From NCBI GenBank assembly GCA_963789265.1, contig CAWBKB010000003.1:1056001-1120000 (forward strand): a stretch of 64,000 bases of DNA. The letters run 5' to 3'. This document shows positions 1-11,826 of the stretch, piece after piece (position 1 is the first letter of the stretch; each line of letters opens with the position of its first letter). This DNA is from an uncultured delta proteobacterium. GTDB taxonomy: Bacteria; Desulfobacterota; Desulfomonilia; Desulfomonilales; Desulfomonilaceae. Both the position numbers and the translations under genes were made by a program. The notes below the pieces were generated by a model that did no database searches, was not told the origin of the DNA, and saw only the letters and a list, made by a program, of their open reading frames with translations.

Positions 1-1
1 G

Positions 2-898
2 CCCCAGCCGGTCACTCTAGAGGACCTTGAGGTTGTGCACACGCCGTCGTACGTGAGAAAAGTATTGCATACTGCCAACCTAGATTTTACGCACTTAGCC
101 CAGGATACTCCTACTAGTCCGCGTTCGTATATGGCCGCTTGGTTGGCAGTCGGCGGATGCACTACGGCCTTGGAGATGCTTCGGTCCGGAGAGTGCGATG
201 TTTGTTTCTCTTTGGTGCGGCCTCCGGGACATCATGCACAACCGGACCGAGCCGGCGGTTTTTGCATCTTTAACAATCTTGGCATAACAGCGCGATATGC
301 CATAAGAAGATACGACTACAAACGCATTCTGATCGTGGACTGGGATCTGCACCACGGCAACGCGTTACAGTATCTGTTTTACAATGAGAAGCAGGTGCTT
401 TACATATCGTCTCACTATACCAATATCTTCCCGTATAGTGGAGAGTGGGAGGAGACAGGCGCAGGCGAAGGGGAAGGATACAACGTGAACATGGTGCTGA
501 CCAAGGCAATTGAGGATTCCGATCTAATATATCTGTACTGTGAGGTTGTGGGGGAAGCTATAAGAAGGTACCAACCGGACCTGATTCTTGTGGCCGCGGG
601 CTTTGATCTCCACGGACAAGACATTTTCAGCAGGGCAAAGATAACAGAGAAGGTCTTCGGAATACTCACTCGACTAATTCTGGATCGGAAGCGAGAAATA
701 GGGGATCCTCCTTTGCTTCTCGCCCTTGAAGGAGGATACAGAATCCCGGCCTTGGTGAAGTCTGTCCGAGAAGTGCTTAAAGTCTTGACACAACCGGACT
801 CTGCGATCAAACTCCCCGATGAAAGCACTTCAACGGGAGAGCAATTGTTGACAACCGCGCGTGATTTTCACTCAAAATATGGCGTGTGGACTGACTGA
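2..898 (+). CDS. Histone deacetylase family (AcuC-like) Zn-dependent protein deacetylase, 5'-truncated by the window edge
   Basis: Motifs RPPGHHA, GFCIFNN, DWDLHHGN, AAGFD, LEGGY; frame is open back to base 2; directly upstream of an acetyl-CoA synthetase. Confidence 0.9.
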   Translation, partial: PQPVTLEDLEVVHTPSYVRKVLHTANLDFTHLAQDTPTSPRSYMAAWLAVGGCTTALEMLRSGECDVCFSLVRPPGHHAQPDRAGGFCIFNNLGITARYAIRRYDYKRILIVDWDLHHGNALQYLFYNEKQVLYISSHYTNIFPYSGEWEETGAGEGEGYNVNMVLTKAIEDSDLIYLYCEVVGEAIRRYQPDLILVAAGFDLHGQDIFSRAKITEKVFGILTRLILDRKREIGDPPLLLALEGGYRIPALVKSVREVLKVLTQPDSAIKLPDESTSTGEQLLTTARDFHSKYGVWTD

Positions 899-2510
899 TG
901 CCTTCGCAGGGAGCCGGCTCATGATCAAATCAAGAATCAAAGCCGAGCGCAGTGATGCAAATCTGAGTTCTTATGACCAAGCTTACCGATCTTTCTCATG
1001 GGCCAAGGTGGAAGAAGAGTTCGCATGGAATGATTCAAATCTTACGAACATAGCGTTTGAGGCCATCGACCGTCATGCGCTGGATAGAGCGCATATCAAG
1101 GCTTTAGTCCTGGAAAAGGCCGGGAAGACCCAAAGCTTCACCTATCTGGATTTAAGAAGGATTTCTTGCCAGTGGGCCAATCTGCTTTCCCGTTATGGTT
1201 TGACCAAGGGCGATAGGTTATTTATTTACCTTGACCCGTGTCCCGAACTATATTTCGCCATGATAGCCTGCGCCCGCATGGGAGTGGTGTTCTGTCCGCT
1301 TTACCCCACGTTGGTTTTTGACGAACTTGAAGACCGTATTCGTAACGCTACGCCGACAATCATATTGACGCATCCGGACCTGGCGGAGAATCTTCCGCCC
1401 GAAGCAATGGCCGACGTCGAACATGTCCTACTCACAGAAGGCCCCACCCCAGGGCTTTTCCGAGGCGAGGCGATTATCGAAAACCTGGTTCAAGAGATGC
1501 CGGATGAATTCGAAACTGTGTGGGTCGAACGAGAGGCGCGGCTTTACCTTCTCTATACTTCCGGATCCACCGGACCCCCTAAAGGAGTGGTGCACTCCCA
1601 CCAGGATATGCTGGGACTCAAACTAACTGCCAAATACGTGCTTGAGCTGAATGAGGGCACCTTATTGTGGACCGATGGGCATCCTGCGTGGGTGTTGGGT
1701 ACGACGTACGGCACGTTTGCGCCCTGGCTGTGTGGAGCAACATCAATAGTCATGGCTGATCCGTTCTCGGCGTCTAGCTGGTATCGCACACTGGAAAAGC
1801 ACAAAGTCGAGGTATGGTACACTACTCCAAGTCGAATCAGAAGACTCATGGATGCAGGGGAGGATCTGCCTCCAAGATACGACTTCTCAAATCTGCGCCA
1901 TATTTGTACCGTCGGTGAGGCACTCGGGCCGGAGTTGTTCCACTGGGTCCGCGGTAATATAGGCTTGTCTCCACACGACACATGGTGGATGACCGAGACC
2001 GGTATGATATGCCTCGCCAACTTCCCGTCAATGGATATCAAGCCGGGATCAATGGGAAAGCCGGTACCTGGAGTGGAAGCTGCAATAGTTTCTGAAGACG
2101 GCGAGAAACTTCCCATGCTCACATTGGGCCAGTTAGCCTTTAAGCCCGGATGGCCCGCCATGATGAAAGAGATATGGCAGGACAAACTGAGATACCGGGC
2201 ATATTTCCGACTCCCCGGCTGGTTCCTGACCGGTGATATGGCCATTGTCGACGAAGATGGATATTTCTTTCATCAAGGGCGCATGGACGATCTTATCAAG
2301 TTCGGCGAGAAAATTGTCGGCCCCTATGAGATCGAACAGGTTCTTTGTAGACATCCTGCCGTGCATGAAGCTGCGGTAATTTCCAAGGAAGTTTCTCCGG
2401 GAAAATCTTCACTTAAGGCGTTCGTAACAGTGTCGGAAGGCTTTACACCGTCGATGCGGCTACGGCATGAAATCAGGGCCTTTCTCAGAAGTAATCTTTC
2501 TTCCGCAGTA

Positions 2511-2835
<325 letters not shown>

Positions 2836-2888
2836 TCAGGAGGCAGATATTTGTTTAATCTGCCGATTTCCCCAATGTGAAAGAGCTC

Positions 2889-3132
2889 CTATACTTGCTG
2901 GATGATCTTGTTTTCACCCGGATGGTCGCGATAGCTGCAGGTGTTGACGATCAGGTTCACACTCGAAAGATTCACTGCCAAGTCCCTGATAAGTTTTTTC
3001 AGTCTCGGCGGATCCGGAGACATACGCGGTGTCTAAGGGGACCGGTTCTGGCGAGCGATAAACAAAATGATTACCATTGAGGTAACCACCTTCCAAAACG
3101 AACAGGTCCTCCAATATCTCTACTGCGGTCAT
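2889..3132 (-). pseudogene. Degenerate N-terminal remnant of an MBL-fold metallo-hydrolase
   Basis: MTAVEILEDLFVLEGGYLNGNHFVYRSPEP..LDTAY, a frameshift in an A-run near 2995, then LIVNTCSYRDHPGENKIIQ (decayed THxHxDHxGGN motif) and a stop. Confidence 0.6.
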
Positions 3133-3181
3133 ACAACACCCATCGAATAGTTGAGAGCAATTACGTGATAGCGGCAGCCTA

Positions 3182-3607
3182 TTACCTCTGAACCGCACTG
3201 ACTTTCAGCCTGATTCCTCCGTATCCCGAACAATCCACACCCACGTCAAGGCACCGAACTTGGTGCATGAAATGGAATTCTTGCGGGTCAAGGCTCTCGC
3301 TGAGCCTCTCGTTTATGAGCGCAACGGGCACGGCCAACTGAGAGACCGCGTACACGCACACCTTTTTCGGACATAATTTCGTGATGAAATTGCCATCCGC
3401 GTCAAGGACGAACTTGTCGCCGACCTTGTAGCCGGAATTGCAGTGCCTGGATTCCACCACTTCAGCTTCGATGGAGTACACGGCGAACGCAGCGGCCATT
3501 TTTCCCATGTGACGGACCCGCGGATCGTTGTCCCGAAATTTTTCCAGATCGGACTCGCTGTATCCGACACGGTCACCGAATTTCTTGAGTATCTCACTTG
3601 CTGACAT
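3182..3607 (-). CDS. Cys-containing hypothetical protein resembling the TIGR04076 family
   Basis: EVVESRHCNSGYKVGDKF, LCPKKVC and RCLDVGVDCSGYG motifs; GGAGG RBS; paralog at 5028..5453. Confidence 0.7.
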   Translation of the reverse strand: MSASEILKKFGDRVGYSESDLEKFRDNDPRVRHMGKMAAAFAVYSIEAEVVESRHCNSGYKVGDKFVLDADGNFITKLCPKKVCVYAVSQLAVPVALINERLSESLDPQEFHFMHQVRCLDVGVDCSGYGGIRLKVSAVQR

Positions 3608-3854
3608 GCTTACCTCCCAGGGATGAATCGAACGCTGTTTATGCTGTTGAAAATGCAGGACTCCTTCTTACCTATGGCGCCGGGCTGAAGACCACCATGC
3701 AACTGCCGAACGGGAGTTTTGCGGAGGGACCGGGGATGCTGATGGTCCCTCCACGGAAAATCTCCCAAAAATCCAGTCGATTTGGCCGAAAAAAGTACTC
3801 CGCATGTCTCTTCAGATCAGTCGCACACTTCGTCACTCGATCCCAATATCATGA

Positions 3855-4955
3855 TCAGGTTTCGGATTTCCTTGTTGCGACGAGTGGAACAAGAGATGTC
3901 CCTCGAAGACGCGACACTTGCATCAGATAGTCTTTGTCCGTAGCTGGAGGTTCGCGTCGTTCCGATTCGGGCTTTTGTCTCAAAGACGCAGCTCCGGTGG
4001 GACACGTCGTGACGCACAACCCGCAACCGATGCATCTGTCGAGGTCAACCTCCGCTATGTCATTGGCTCCCACCCTAATGGCTTCCGTTTGGCAGCGAGG
4101 TACACAAGTCTCACAAGCCGAACAGGCTTCGGGGTCAATGGCCGCGTAGTAATTGGTCAACACCTTTTCCGCAGGCTTGGGGTGCAATTTAATGGACCGC
4201 AGAATTTCACAGCAGTCCCCGCAACAGTTGCAGAGCGCTCCTGCGTCTTGACCGGCGAAGGGTTGGGAGACTAGGCCGGCTTCTTCGCACCTGTCTATTA
4301 TGTCGAGAGCTTCCTCTTTAGTGACGAATCGACTCATGCCTTTATCAACGTAATAGTCCGCATGGCTGCCGAACTGAAAGCACGTCTCCAGCGGCTTACC
4401 ACATCCCTTGTCCAAAAGGCTCTGCTGTACTCGGCATACGCAGCGTGCGACGGAGATTCTTTCTTTTCCTTGGATGATCTGCCTCACGTCTTCGTACGGC
4501 GCTACCGACCACAAATGGTCGATTGACCTGTGAACTGGTATGGTCCGCAATGGAGGAAATTGGGATATTCCTTCCTTGCCCAATGCTTCAAGCATGTATT
4601 GCTCGAAAAGTTCCGCGAATTCTCCGCCCATGTCTTTCACCTGGAAATCGTACGAACCCGGCACAAATGGCACCGCTCCGTACTTAACGGAGGCCCCTTT
4701 CTTCATCCGGAAAATCAGCCCCTTATCCGTCATGCGTTCCAGAAGCGCGACAATCTCGTTCGGCTCCCACCCGATACGCTGCGCCAGCGCTTCCGACGCT
4801 TCAAGCATCAAGCTGAGATTGAGGTACAGTTCGGCCTCTTGTTCCGTAAAGAGCTTTTCCAGTATTTTAATCTCGACCCCGGATTCGGTTGAAGGGAATC
4901 CGCTTGCATATTGATCCAACTGTTCACGCAGATCGTAGTAAACCTTGCTGGTCAT
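3855..4955 (-). CDS. Multi-Cys 4Fe-4S binding protein with C-terminal 2x[4Fe-4S] ferredoxin domain
   Basis: CxCR, CNCCGDCC, CSACETCVPRC and CIGCGLCVTTCP motifs; AAGGAG RBS before the ATG at 4955. Confidence 0.85.
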   Translation of the reverse strand: MTSKVYYDLREQLDQYASGFPSTESGVEIKILEKLFTEQEAELYLNLSLMLEASEALAQRIGWEPNEIVALLERMTDKGLIFRMKKGASVKYGAVPFVPGSYDFQVKDMGGEFAELFEQYMLEALGKEGISQFPPLRTIPVHRSIDHLWSVAPYEDVRQIIQGKERISVARCVCRVQQSLLDKGCGKPLETCFQFGSHADYYVDKGMSRFVTKEEALDIIDRCEEAGLVSQPFAGQDAGALCNCCGDCCEILRSIKLHPKPAEKVLTNYYAAIDPEACSACETCVPRCQTEAIRVGANDIAEVDLDRCIGCGLCVTTCPTGAASLRQKPESERREPPATDKDYLMQVSRLRGTSLVPLVATRKSET

Positions 4956-5027
4956 CTTGCACTCCTTGAGGACGACAGGGCAGTCCCGCCGTTCTTGGGC
5001 TGTGTGTTCCACACGTTTATTACTGGT

Positions 5028-5453
5028 CTATTTCTTCCGGACTTCCATTTTGACATCCATGACGATTCGCACCCAGCTTTCGTATTCCAACCAGCCGTCA
5101 AAGCATCCAGTCCTCTTCAATTTCATTTCATCGGCGTCCATTTCGGCATAAAGCAGCTCGTTCATTGCGATGCCGCGGACTTGGAGAGCAGTCACAGCGT
5201 GAATGCACATCCTTTTGGGGCAGAGCTTTGAGATAAGGGTGCCCCTGTTCAGGTAGAACTTGTCGCGCAGTTTTTGTTGGCTATTGCAACCGAGGGATTC
5301 CTGAACTTCCGCTACGATGGTCTTATTCATGAGCTCGGGAGCTTTCACGAGGATGTCAGCGTCCCCCGGGTCGCTTTTGAAGAGTTCCATCTCCTCATTC
5401 GAATATCTCGGATGGTTCCGGGCGACTTCCCACACTTCGTTGTTCATTTCCAT
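5028..5453 (-). CDS. Second TIGR04076-like hypothetical protein, possibly degenerating
   Basis: AEVQESLGCNSQQKLRDKFY and LCPKRMC align with 3182..3607, but DVGVDCSGYG is replaced by DGWLEYESWV. Confidence 0.6.
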   Translation of the reverse strand: MEMNNEVWEVARNHPRYSNEEMELFKSDPGDADILVKAPELMNKTIVAEVQESLGCNSQQKLRDKFYLNRGTLISKLCPKRMCIHAVTALQVRGIAMNELLYAEMDADEMKLKRTGCFDGWLEYESWVRIVMDVKMEVRKK

Positions 5454-5766
5454 CGGCCTCTCGGCCTTCAATAATCTCAACACCGACTGTAACCCCTGCA
5501 ACAAGACGATTCTGCTCCTGAACGGATTATTGCTGCGGGTGGACGGATTCTCGTGTTTATCATGCCTTTAATTGTCGGCTCAACTCGGCTCGAAACGCCG
5601 TCCATCAAGAATTCGTGCGCCACGCGGACGAATTTATGGTAGTTAGCGCGGCGAGGCCGTGGTATGCTCGAACCTGTTCTTGGTGATCAGAACCGAAGCC
5701 GAATGTTTAGCCTGTCGTGATTCGGTCGCGAAAGATTTCGACCGCAAACTTGGCCGACCGGAGGCA

Positions 5767-6795
5767 ATGATGACGGAACTCCTGTCAAGAATGCTCGTTA
5801 CCCGCGCCAACGCAGAAGAGTTCCGAACCCAAATCGGAGCCCTATTCGGTCACCTGGCTAAAGACGTGACCGAGGTTTCCATCGTCGCCGAGGGGCCGCT
5901 GTTCAGCGGCAAATTGGAGGTGCATCCTGTGCGACCGGGCCTGCGGCTTTTTGCGATGAACGTGGAAACACAGCGGGACCTCCAACTCAATGTTGCTCCG
6001 GTAAATCCGGGCGTCTTTTTTTCTCTGGTCCTCAATGGCCGTTCCGAGTACACTGTGCAGCGTCCGGCGGGATGTCATGATCAATGGGAATTTCTCCCCG
6101 GCCGGAACGTCGTAGGAACTTTCCAGCCGGAAGAGTCGCATTGGAAGGTGTCCGCGCGGGATTCTCACCGCTTGGTGGAACTTCATATTGCTTCAGGTAG
6201 AGCCTCGCAGCTCCTTTCAGAATATCTCGAGTCAACACCGGGGCACATAAATCCCGTTATGGCCCAATCCAACGCCTTCCCCAGACATATCCAGCAAGCC
6301 CTCACGCCTGAACTAAGGATCGTTGCGCACCAGGTCCTCAACTGCCCGCTGGAAGGATCCGCAAAGCGCCTCTTCATGGAGAGCAAGGCGCTGGAAATCC
6401 TGGCCCTTCAATTGGACACGCTCTCATCGTCAAATCCGAGAGAACGAGCCAAGCGAACCAAAGAGGAACTCAAACGCCTTGAGGAGGCCCGGAGAATCCT
6501 CGACAAGGAGTTCGCTGATCCTCCGTCACTACTGATGCTGGCTCGTCGTGTGGGCTTGAATGATTTCAAGCTCAAGCGCGGGTTTCGAGAGGTCTATCAC
6601 ACCACCGTCTTCGGCCACGTCCGGATGCTCAGAATGGAGAAGGCTCTGAATATGCTCGAAACCAGTGATTTCAACGTAAGCGAGGTTGCTGTTGCCACCG
6701 GATATACGTGCTTCGGCCACTTCTCCGGGGCCTTCCGCAAGAGGTTTGGCATCGCTCCTCGAGACTTCAAGAAGGGACGACGGTCAATTGAATGA
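5767..6795 (+). CDS. AraC family transcriptional regulator (PchR/YbtA-like)
   Basis: C-terminal LARRVGLNDFKLKRGFREVYHTTVFG...VSEVAVATGY..FGHFSGAFRKRFG; GGAGG RBS. Confidence 0.9.
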   Translation: MMTELLSRMLVTRANAEEFRTQIGALFGHLAKDVTEVSIVAEGPLFSGKLEVHPVRPGLRLFAMNVETQRDLQLNVAPVNPGVFFSLVLNGRSEYTVQRPAGCHDQWEFLPGRNVVGTFQPEESHWKVSARDSHRLVELHIASGRASQLLSEYLESTPGHINPVMAQSNAFPRHIQQALTPELRIVAHQVLNCPLEGSAKRLFMESKALEILALQLDTLSSSNPRERAKRTKEELKRLEEARRILDKEFADPPSLLMLARRVGLNDFKLKRGFREVYHTTVFGHVRMLRMEKALNMLETSDFNVSEVAVATGYTCFGHFSGAFRKRFGIAPRDFKKGRRSIE

Positions 6796-7101
6796 AGTTG
6801 ACTTCATCAGCAAGCTTCCCAAAACTCGATCCGGTAAACTTCTAAGGAGAGTCTTAAGGGCGCGCGAGTTGGGTCTTCCTGAGGGTGATTTATTGGGCTT
6901 ACAGGACGAGCCTTTCTCAAAACACGAAGTCTGACGGAAGGCGGCGGCACTTCTGCTCCGGATTTAGATTCTCACCTGCGGCGTCTTTCCGGGCAAGGAT
7001 TGCGTACAGTGCCGGCAACACCAGTAGCGTCAAGGCCGTACTCGAGATCAATCCACCGATGACCACGGTAGCCAAGGGTCTTTGCACCTCAGCTCCGGTT
7101 C
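6785..7101 (+). repeat. Imperfect direct repeat, copy 2 (orphan acsA 3' tail plus functional czcA 3' end)
   Basis: Encodes [49 protein letters not shown], 46/49 identical to the AcsA C-terminus. Confidence 0.95.
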
Positions 7102-10100
7102 CCGTGGACAGCGCCATCGGCACAAACCCCAAAGACGCAACAAGTGCCGTCATAAGCACAGGCCGAAGTCTCTTCAACGACCCCGCGACAAGTGCCTCGT
7201 CCGGAGGCGTCCCCTGTTGCCGTAACTGATTGATCAAGGTGACCATGACCAAACCGTTGAGAACAGCAACACCGGCAAGAGCGATGAAACCCACGGCGGC
7301 AGTTATGGAAAAAGGCATCCCTCGCACCCAAAGAGAAACGATCCCTCCGGTTAAAGCCAACGGGACGCCGGTAAAAACGAGCAAAGCATATTTCACCGAG
7401 TTGAAAGCGCTGAACAGCAGCAAGAAAATCAAAAAGAGACAGACCGGAATTACAATACTCAGCCGTTTCCTTGCAGCCAAAAGGTTCTCGAACTGACCGC
7501 CCCAATCCAACCATTGCCCTGGAGGGATTTTTACTTGACGGCCAATCTTTTGTTGGGCCTCTGCAACGAAGGAACCCAGGTCCCGTCCCCTCACGTTCGC
7601 CTGTACAACCACTCGGCGTTTGCCGTTTTCCCGGCTGACCTGGTTAAGGCCTTCTTTAACTTCTATCTTGGCCACTGCCTTAAGAGGAACAAAGTACCGT
7701 CTCTCTGATTCCTTTTTCTCAGGCGCTTCTTTTTGTTCGGGATTCCTGGAGAGAGTCGCGAGAAGTACTCTTCCTTCTCCTGCCTTTGGAAGAGGGACAG
7801 GCAAGGTTTCAAGGGCTTCAACATCATTCCGTAGACTTTCAGGCAGCCTGACGATGATGTCGAACCGCCGGTCTCCTTCAAATACCAGCCCTGCTTCTCT
7901 GCCGCCGACAGCAATTGCCACGGCATCATGGACATCCGCCATGCTCAATCCGTAGCGTGAGATGGCCGAACGATCCGTTTTCACCTCAATGGTAGGAGCT
8001 CCCTGTGTCTGCTCCACCTTCACGTCTGCTGCCCCCTGAACTTTCTTGATTACCTCGGCAATGATGTTTGCCGTCTTCACCATATCTTTGAAACTGTCCC
8101 CGTAAACCTTCACCGCAACGTCACTCCGAACCCCTGCTATGAGTTCGTTGAAGCGCATCTGAATCGGCTGGGTAAACTCGTAATTGTTGCCCGGCAATTT
8201 CTTCAGTGCCTTCTCAAGGCGCTCTATCACCTCCTGTTTCGGTTCCTCAGGGTCGGGCCATTGTTCGCGTGGTTTGAGAATCACAAAGGTGTCCGTAAGG
8301 TTGGGTGGCATCGGATCATTTGCCATCTCCCGCGGTGCCAGTCTTTGAATAGACAGAAGCTACCTCGGGAAATCCCTCAATCGTTTTTTCAACTTCAAAC
8401 TGCATCTGCGTGGACTGGGTGAGGCTTGTGCCGGGGATGCGGGCCGGTTGGACTAATATGTCTTTTTCGTCCAGCGTCGGGACAAACTCTTGGCCCAATT
8501 GCCCAAAAAGGAGCAAGGATGCAGCAAAGACTACTACTGCCGCAAGTACGACAGTGAACTTGTATTGAATCGCCAATTTCAAGCCGGGCTCATATAGCCG
8601 TTCGGCGATTCGCATCAACAAGTTCTTCGTCTCTTTTACCCGTCCCCTGATAACGATCGCGACCATCGCGGGAACAAACGTCATAGAAAGGATAAAGGCG
8701 GACACAAGGGCCAATATGACGGTCATTGCCATAGGATGAAACATCTTACCCTCTACGCCAGTCAGTGAGAGGATGGGAAAATAGACGGTTATGATGATGG
8801 CTTGACCGAAGACCGAGGGTTGAATCATCTCCTTACTTGCGAACATTACTTCTTGCAGACGCTCCGGCAGGGTCAACAAACGACCGAGTTCATGTTGCCT
8901 CTCTCCCAGTCGGCGCAAGCAATTCTCTATGATAATCACTGCTCCATCAACGATGAGGCCAAAGTCAATAGCTCCCAGGCTCATGAGGTTTCCGCTGATT
9001 TTCATCTGCACCATGCCTGTGGCTGCCATGAGCATGGAAAGAGGAATAACGGCCGCAGTAATCAATGCCGCGCGAAAGTTCCCCAGCAAAAGAAACAACA
9101 CGGTAATTACCAATAATGCGCCTTCAGTCAAGTTCCGCCTCACCGTGGCGATGGTGGCATCGACCAACTTCACCCGGCTTAAGACAGGTTTGGCATGAAT
9201 GTCCACGGGGAGCGTAGAGTTGATCTTGTCCAATTTCGCCGCCACCGCCGCGGCAACGGTTCGGCTATTTGCTCCTATGAGCATCCAGGCAGTTCCCACA
9301 ACCAACTCCCGCCCGTTTTCACTCGCGCTGCCGGTCCTTAACTCCATTCCTATGGAAACAGTCGCCACGTCGTGGATGTGGATCGGAATTCCGGCTCGTG
9401 TCGCCACCACGATGTTCGCAATCTGTTCTTGGCTCGCGATCCGCCCTTCGGCTCGCACCACATAAGATTCGCCTTGGCGCTCGATGTATCCAGCCCCCGT
9501 GCTCAAGTTGTTCCGCTGTATCGCTTCGATGAGATCCTTGAACGAAAGTCCGTAAGAATAAAGCTTCATTGGGTCCGGCTGAACGTGATATTTCTTCTCA
9601 TACCCGCCGATTGCATCTATGTCAGCTACGCCATGCAATCCTTTGAGTTGAGGACGGATAATCCAGTCTTGAATAGTTCGGAGATAAGCCGTTTGTTCCA
9701 GCCCCGTGGTCAATCTGTGACCTTCCGGCGTCAAATATGCCCCATCACTCTGCCATCCGGGCGATCCATCCTTTATCTGAGCACCGTTTCCTCCAGGATG
9801 CTCGTAATCCACGGTCCAAACGTATACCTCGCCGAGACCCGTGGTAATGGCCCCCATTTGAGGCTCTGTTCCGCTAGGCAGAGTCTTTCGCGCTTCAAGC
9901 AGCCTCTCATTGACCTGCTGCCTGCCAAAGTAAATGTCTATGTTGTCCCCGAACACCGCGACAACTTGCGAGAAGCCATTTCGGGACAGGGATCTCGTAC
10001 CGATGAGACCCGGAATCCCGGCCAATGCCGTCTCCAGTGGAAACGTGACCTGTTTTTCAATTTCGACTGGAGACAGTCCGGCAACGACGGTGTTGATTTG

Positions 10101-10241
10101 AACTTGATTTGGAGTGATGTCAGGTACGGCATCAATCGGCAATCGCTGTAACGAATACACCCCAATCCCTGCAAGCGCCGCAATGCCGAGAACAATGAGA
10201 AATCTGTGTTCAATAGAGAATTGCAATATCCGTTCGAGCAT
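6917..10241 (-). CDS. czcA: CzcA/CusA family heavy-metal efflux RND permease, split by a single-base frameshift near 8330
   Basis: IDAVPDIT, GAIDFGLIVDGAVIIIEN, RLRPVLMTA; removing one G in GCGGGAG restores GTAEMANDPMPPN and joins ORFs 8316..10241 and 6917..8326. Confidence 0.9.
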
Positions 10242-10295
10242 GAACTACACCTTAGTACTCTGTTTCATGGATTCGGTCACGTATTTTCACAGTGG

Positions 10296-10389
10296 AAATT
10301 GCTTTCCCGCGGGAACGCGGGATTTCACTCCTCGCAATGACATTCCCACTACCTGCCATTGCGAGTCCCGCCTCGCGGGAAAGCAATCT
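10296..10389. repeat. REP-like inverted pair (ATTGC...CTCGCAATGAC / CATTGCGAG...AGCAATCT family)
   Basis: Same family recurs at ~32205, ~38256, ~60202 and ~63483. Confidence 0.8.
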
Positions 10390-10532
10390 TCTTCCCTACC
10401 GGGTCTTAACGTCACCGTATTTGCGAAAAGGAAGACTCGGTCATTTTCGCTTATTTCCGGCCGCCCGCCTTACTCTGCATGCCATTTTAGCAAGCGGATC
10501 ATACCTATTTCCGGCAGATTCCGCCGCAGGCC

Positions 10533-11798
10533 TCAGTCGTTGTCCTTGGCTTCAGACTTCCCGAGATCGGCTTTGAGCAGAAAACTCTGCTTGCTCACAA
10601 ACTCATCCCCGGCATTAATGCCTGAAACGATCTCGACCTCAGTTCCATTCTGGCGACCGATCTTGACTGTCCGAGCCTCAAATCCTTCGCCTTCGCGGAC
10701 GAAGACCACAGACTTTCCGTCAATCGTCTGAAGAGCCGCCTTCGGCACGAGTATCCCTGCATCAACGGTTTTTGTCGTAACCTTCGCGGTCACAAAGAGT
10801 CCCGGCGTCCATTGCCTCTTGGGGTTCGGAAGGACGACCCGAGCGACGGCCGAACGCGTTTTATCTAAAAGCACAGGTACCAGATATGCGATGACCCCTT
10901 GCGCGTCAGGAATGCCGTTGCCCGTGGAAATGGTGACTGTCTGGCCCTGCTTCACGTAGGGCAGATCTTTCTGGGAAACGTTGATATTTGCCCACACAGA
11001 GCCCAGGTCTGAAATTACGAAGGCTTCGTAGTCGTCTTTTCTCATTTCTCCAATCGTTATTCGCTTGCTGAGAACCGTCCCCGCGAACGGGGCGACGACC
11101 TCGTACCTGGTCAGTGAGTCATCCTCCGGACGCTTGGGAAGCTCTTTCAGGTCATCTGCCGATAAGCCCATAGCAAGAAGCTTTTGTTTGTACGATCTGC
11201 GCTCAATGTCAGCCTCTTGAGAAGCGTTTTTCATTTCGAGAAGTTGTTTCTCAGTAACCAACCGATCTTTGAAGAGGCTCTCGTATTTCGTGAAATTCGT
11301 CTGGACAAGCTCCACTTTGGACAATGCGGTCAAATATTTCGCCTTAGCTTCTGCGAGTTGTCTGCTCTCGATGACAGCCATCACTTCACCGGCGCTCACC
11401 GTATCCCCGATGTTTTTCCGAACTTCGCTCACCACCCCCGTCAACCGGGGCACAATTTGGGCAGTGCGGTCCCAATTGACCGTGATTTCGGCGGGAAAAC
11501 TTAGACTGATGCCCAGCTCACCGGGTCCTGCAGTTTCAACTTCGATTCCGAAACGTTCTATCTCTTCTGGGGGTAGAATTATGTATTTCTGGTCTTCATG
11601 TTTCTCTCCGTATTCGTGACTTTCTCGGTGTTGCGCCTTGTCCTGATTCTGAAAGCCCTTCTTGTCCACGGGCTTTTCAGTCTTTTGGGTCTGATCCGGG
11701 GAAACGGATGCCTGCCCAAAGTTACGGCTCGCCAAAGCAGCTAGCAGTACGACGGCTATGATCGCCACAACAAACATAGATTTCCACTCATGTTTCAT
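10533..11798 (-). CDS. czcB: Efflux RND transporter periplasmic adaptor (CzcB-like)
   Basis: N-terminal TM helix, short His-containing linker, barrel-sandwich and hairpin (PRLTGVVSEV..IGDTVSAGE; VVAPFAGTV); upstream of czcA. Confidence 0.88.
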   Translation of the reverse strand: MKHEWKSMFVVAIIAVVLLAALASRNFGQASVSPDQTQKTEKPVDKKGFQNQDKAQHRESHEYGEKHEDQKYIILPPEEIERFGIEVETAGPGELGISLSFPAEITVNWDRTAQIVPRLTGVVSEVRKNIGDTVSAGEVMAVIESRQLAEAKAKYLTALSKVELVQTNFTKYESLFKDRLVTEKQLLEMKNASQEADIERRSYKQKLLAMGLSADDLKELPKRPEDDSLTRYEVVAPFAGTVLSKRITIGEMRKDDYEAFVISDLGSVWANINVSQKDLPYVKQGQTVTISTGNGIPDAQGVIAYLVPVLLDKTRSAVARVVLPNPKRQWTPGLFVTAKVTTKTVDAGILVPKAALQTIDGKSVVFVREGEGFEARTVKIGRQNGTEVEIVSGINAGDEFVSKQSFLLKADLGKSEAKDND

Positions 11799-11826
11799 TG
11801 CTACTTCTCCGTCCGAAGTGGGACTA

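Noticed and set aside
6686..6934. 82-aa ORF ending in an AcsA-like C-terminus
   Set aside because: It is the orphan acsA tail of repeat copy 2 read from a chance start inside the AraC gene, not an independent gene
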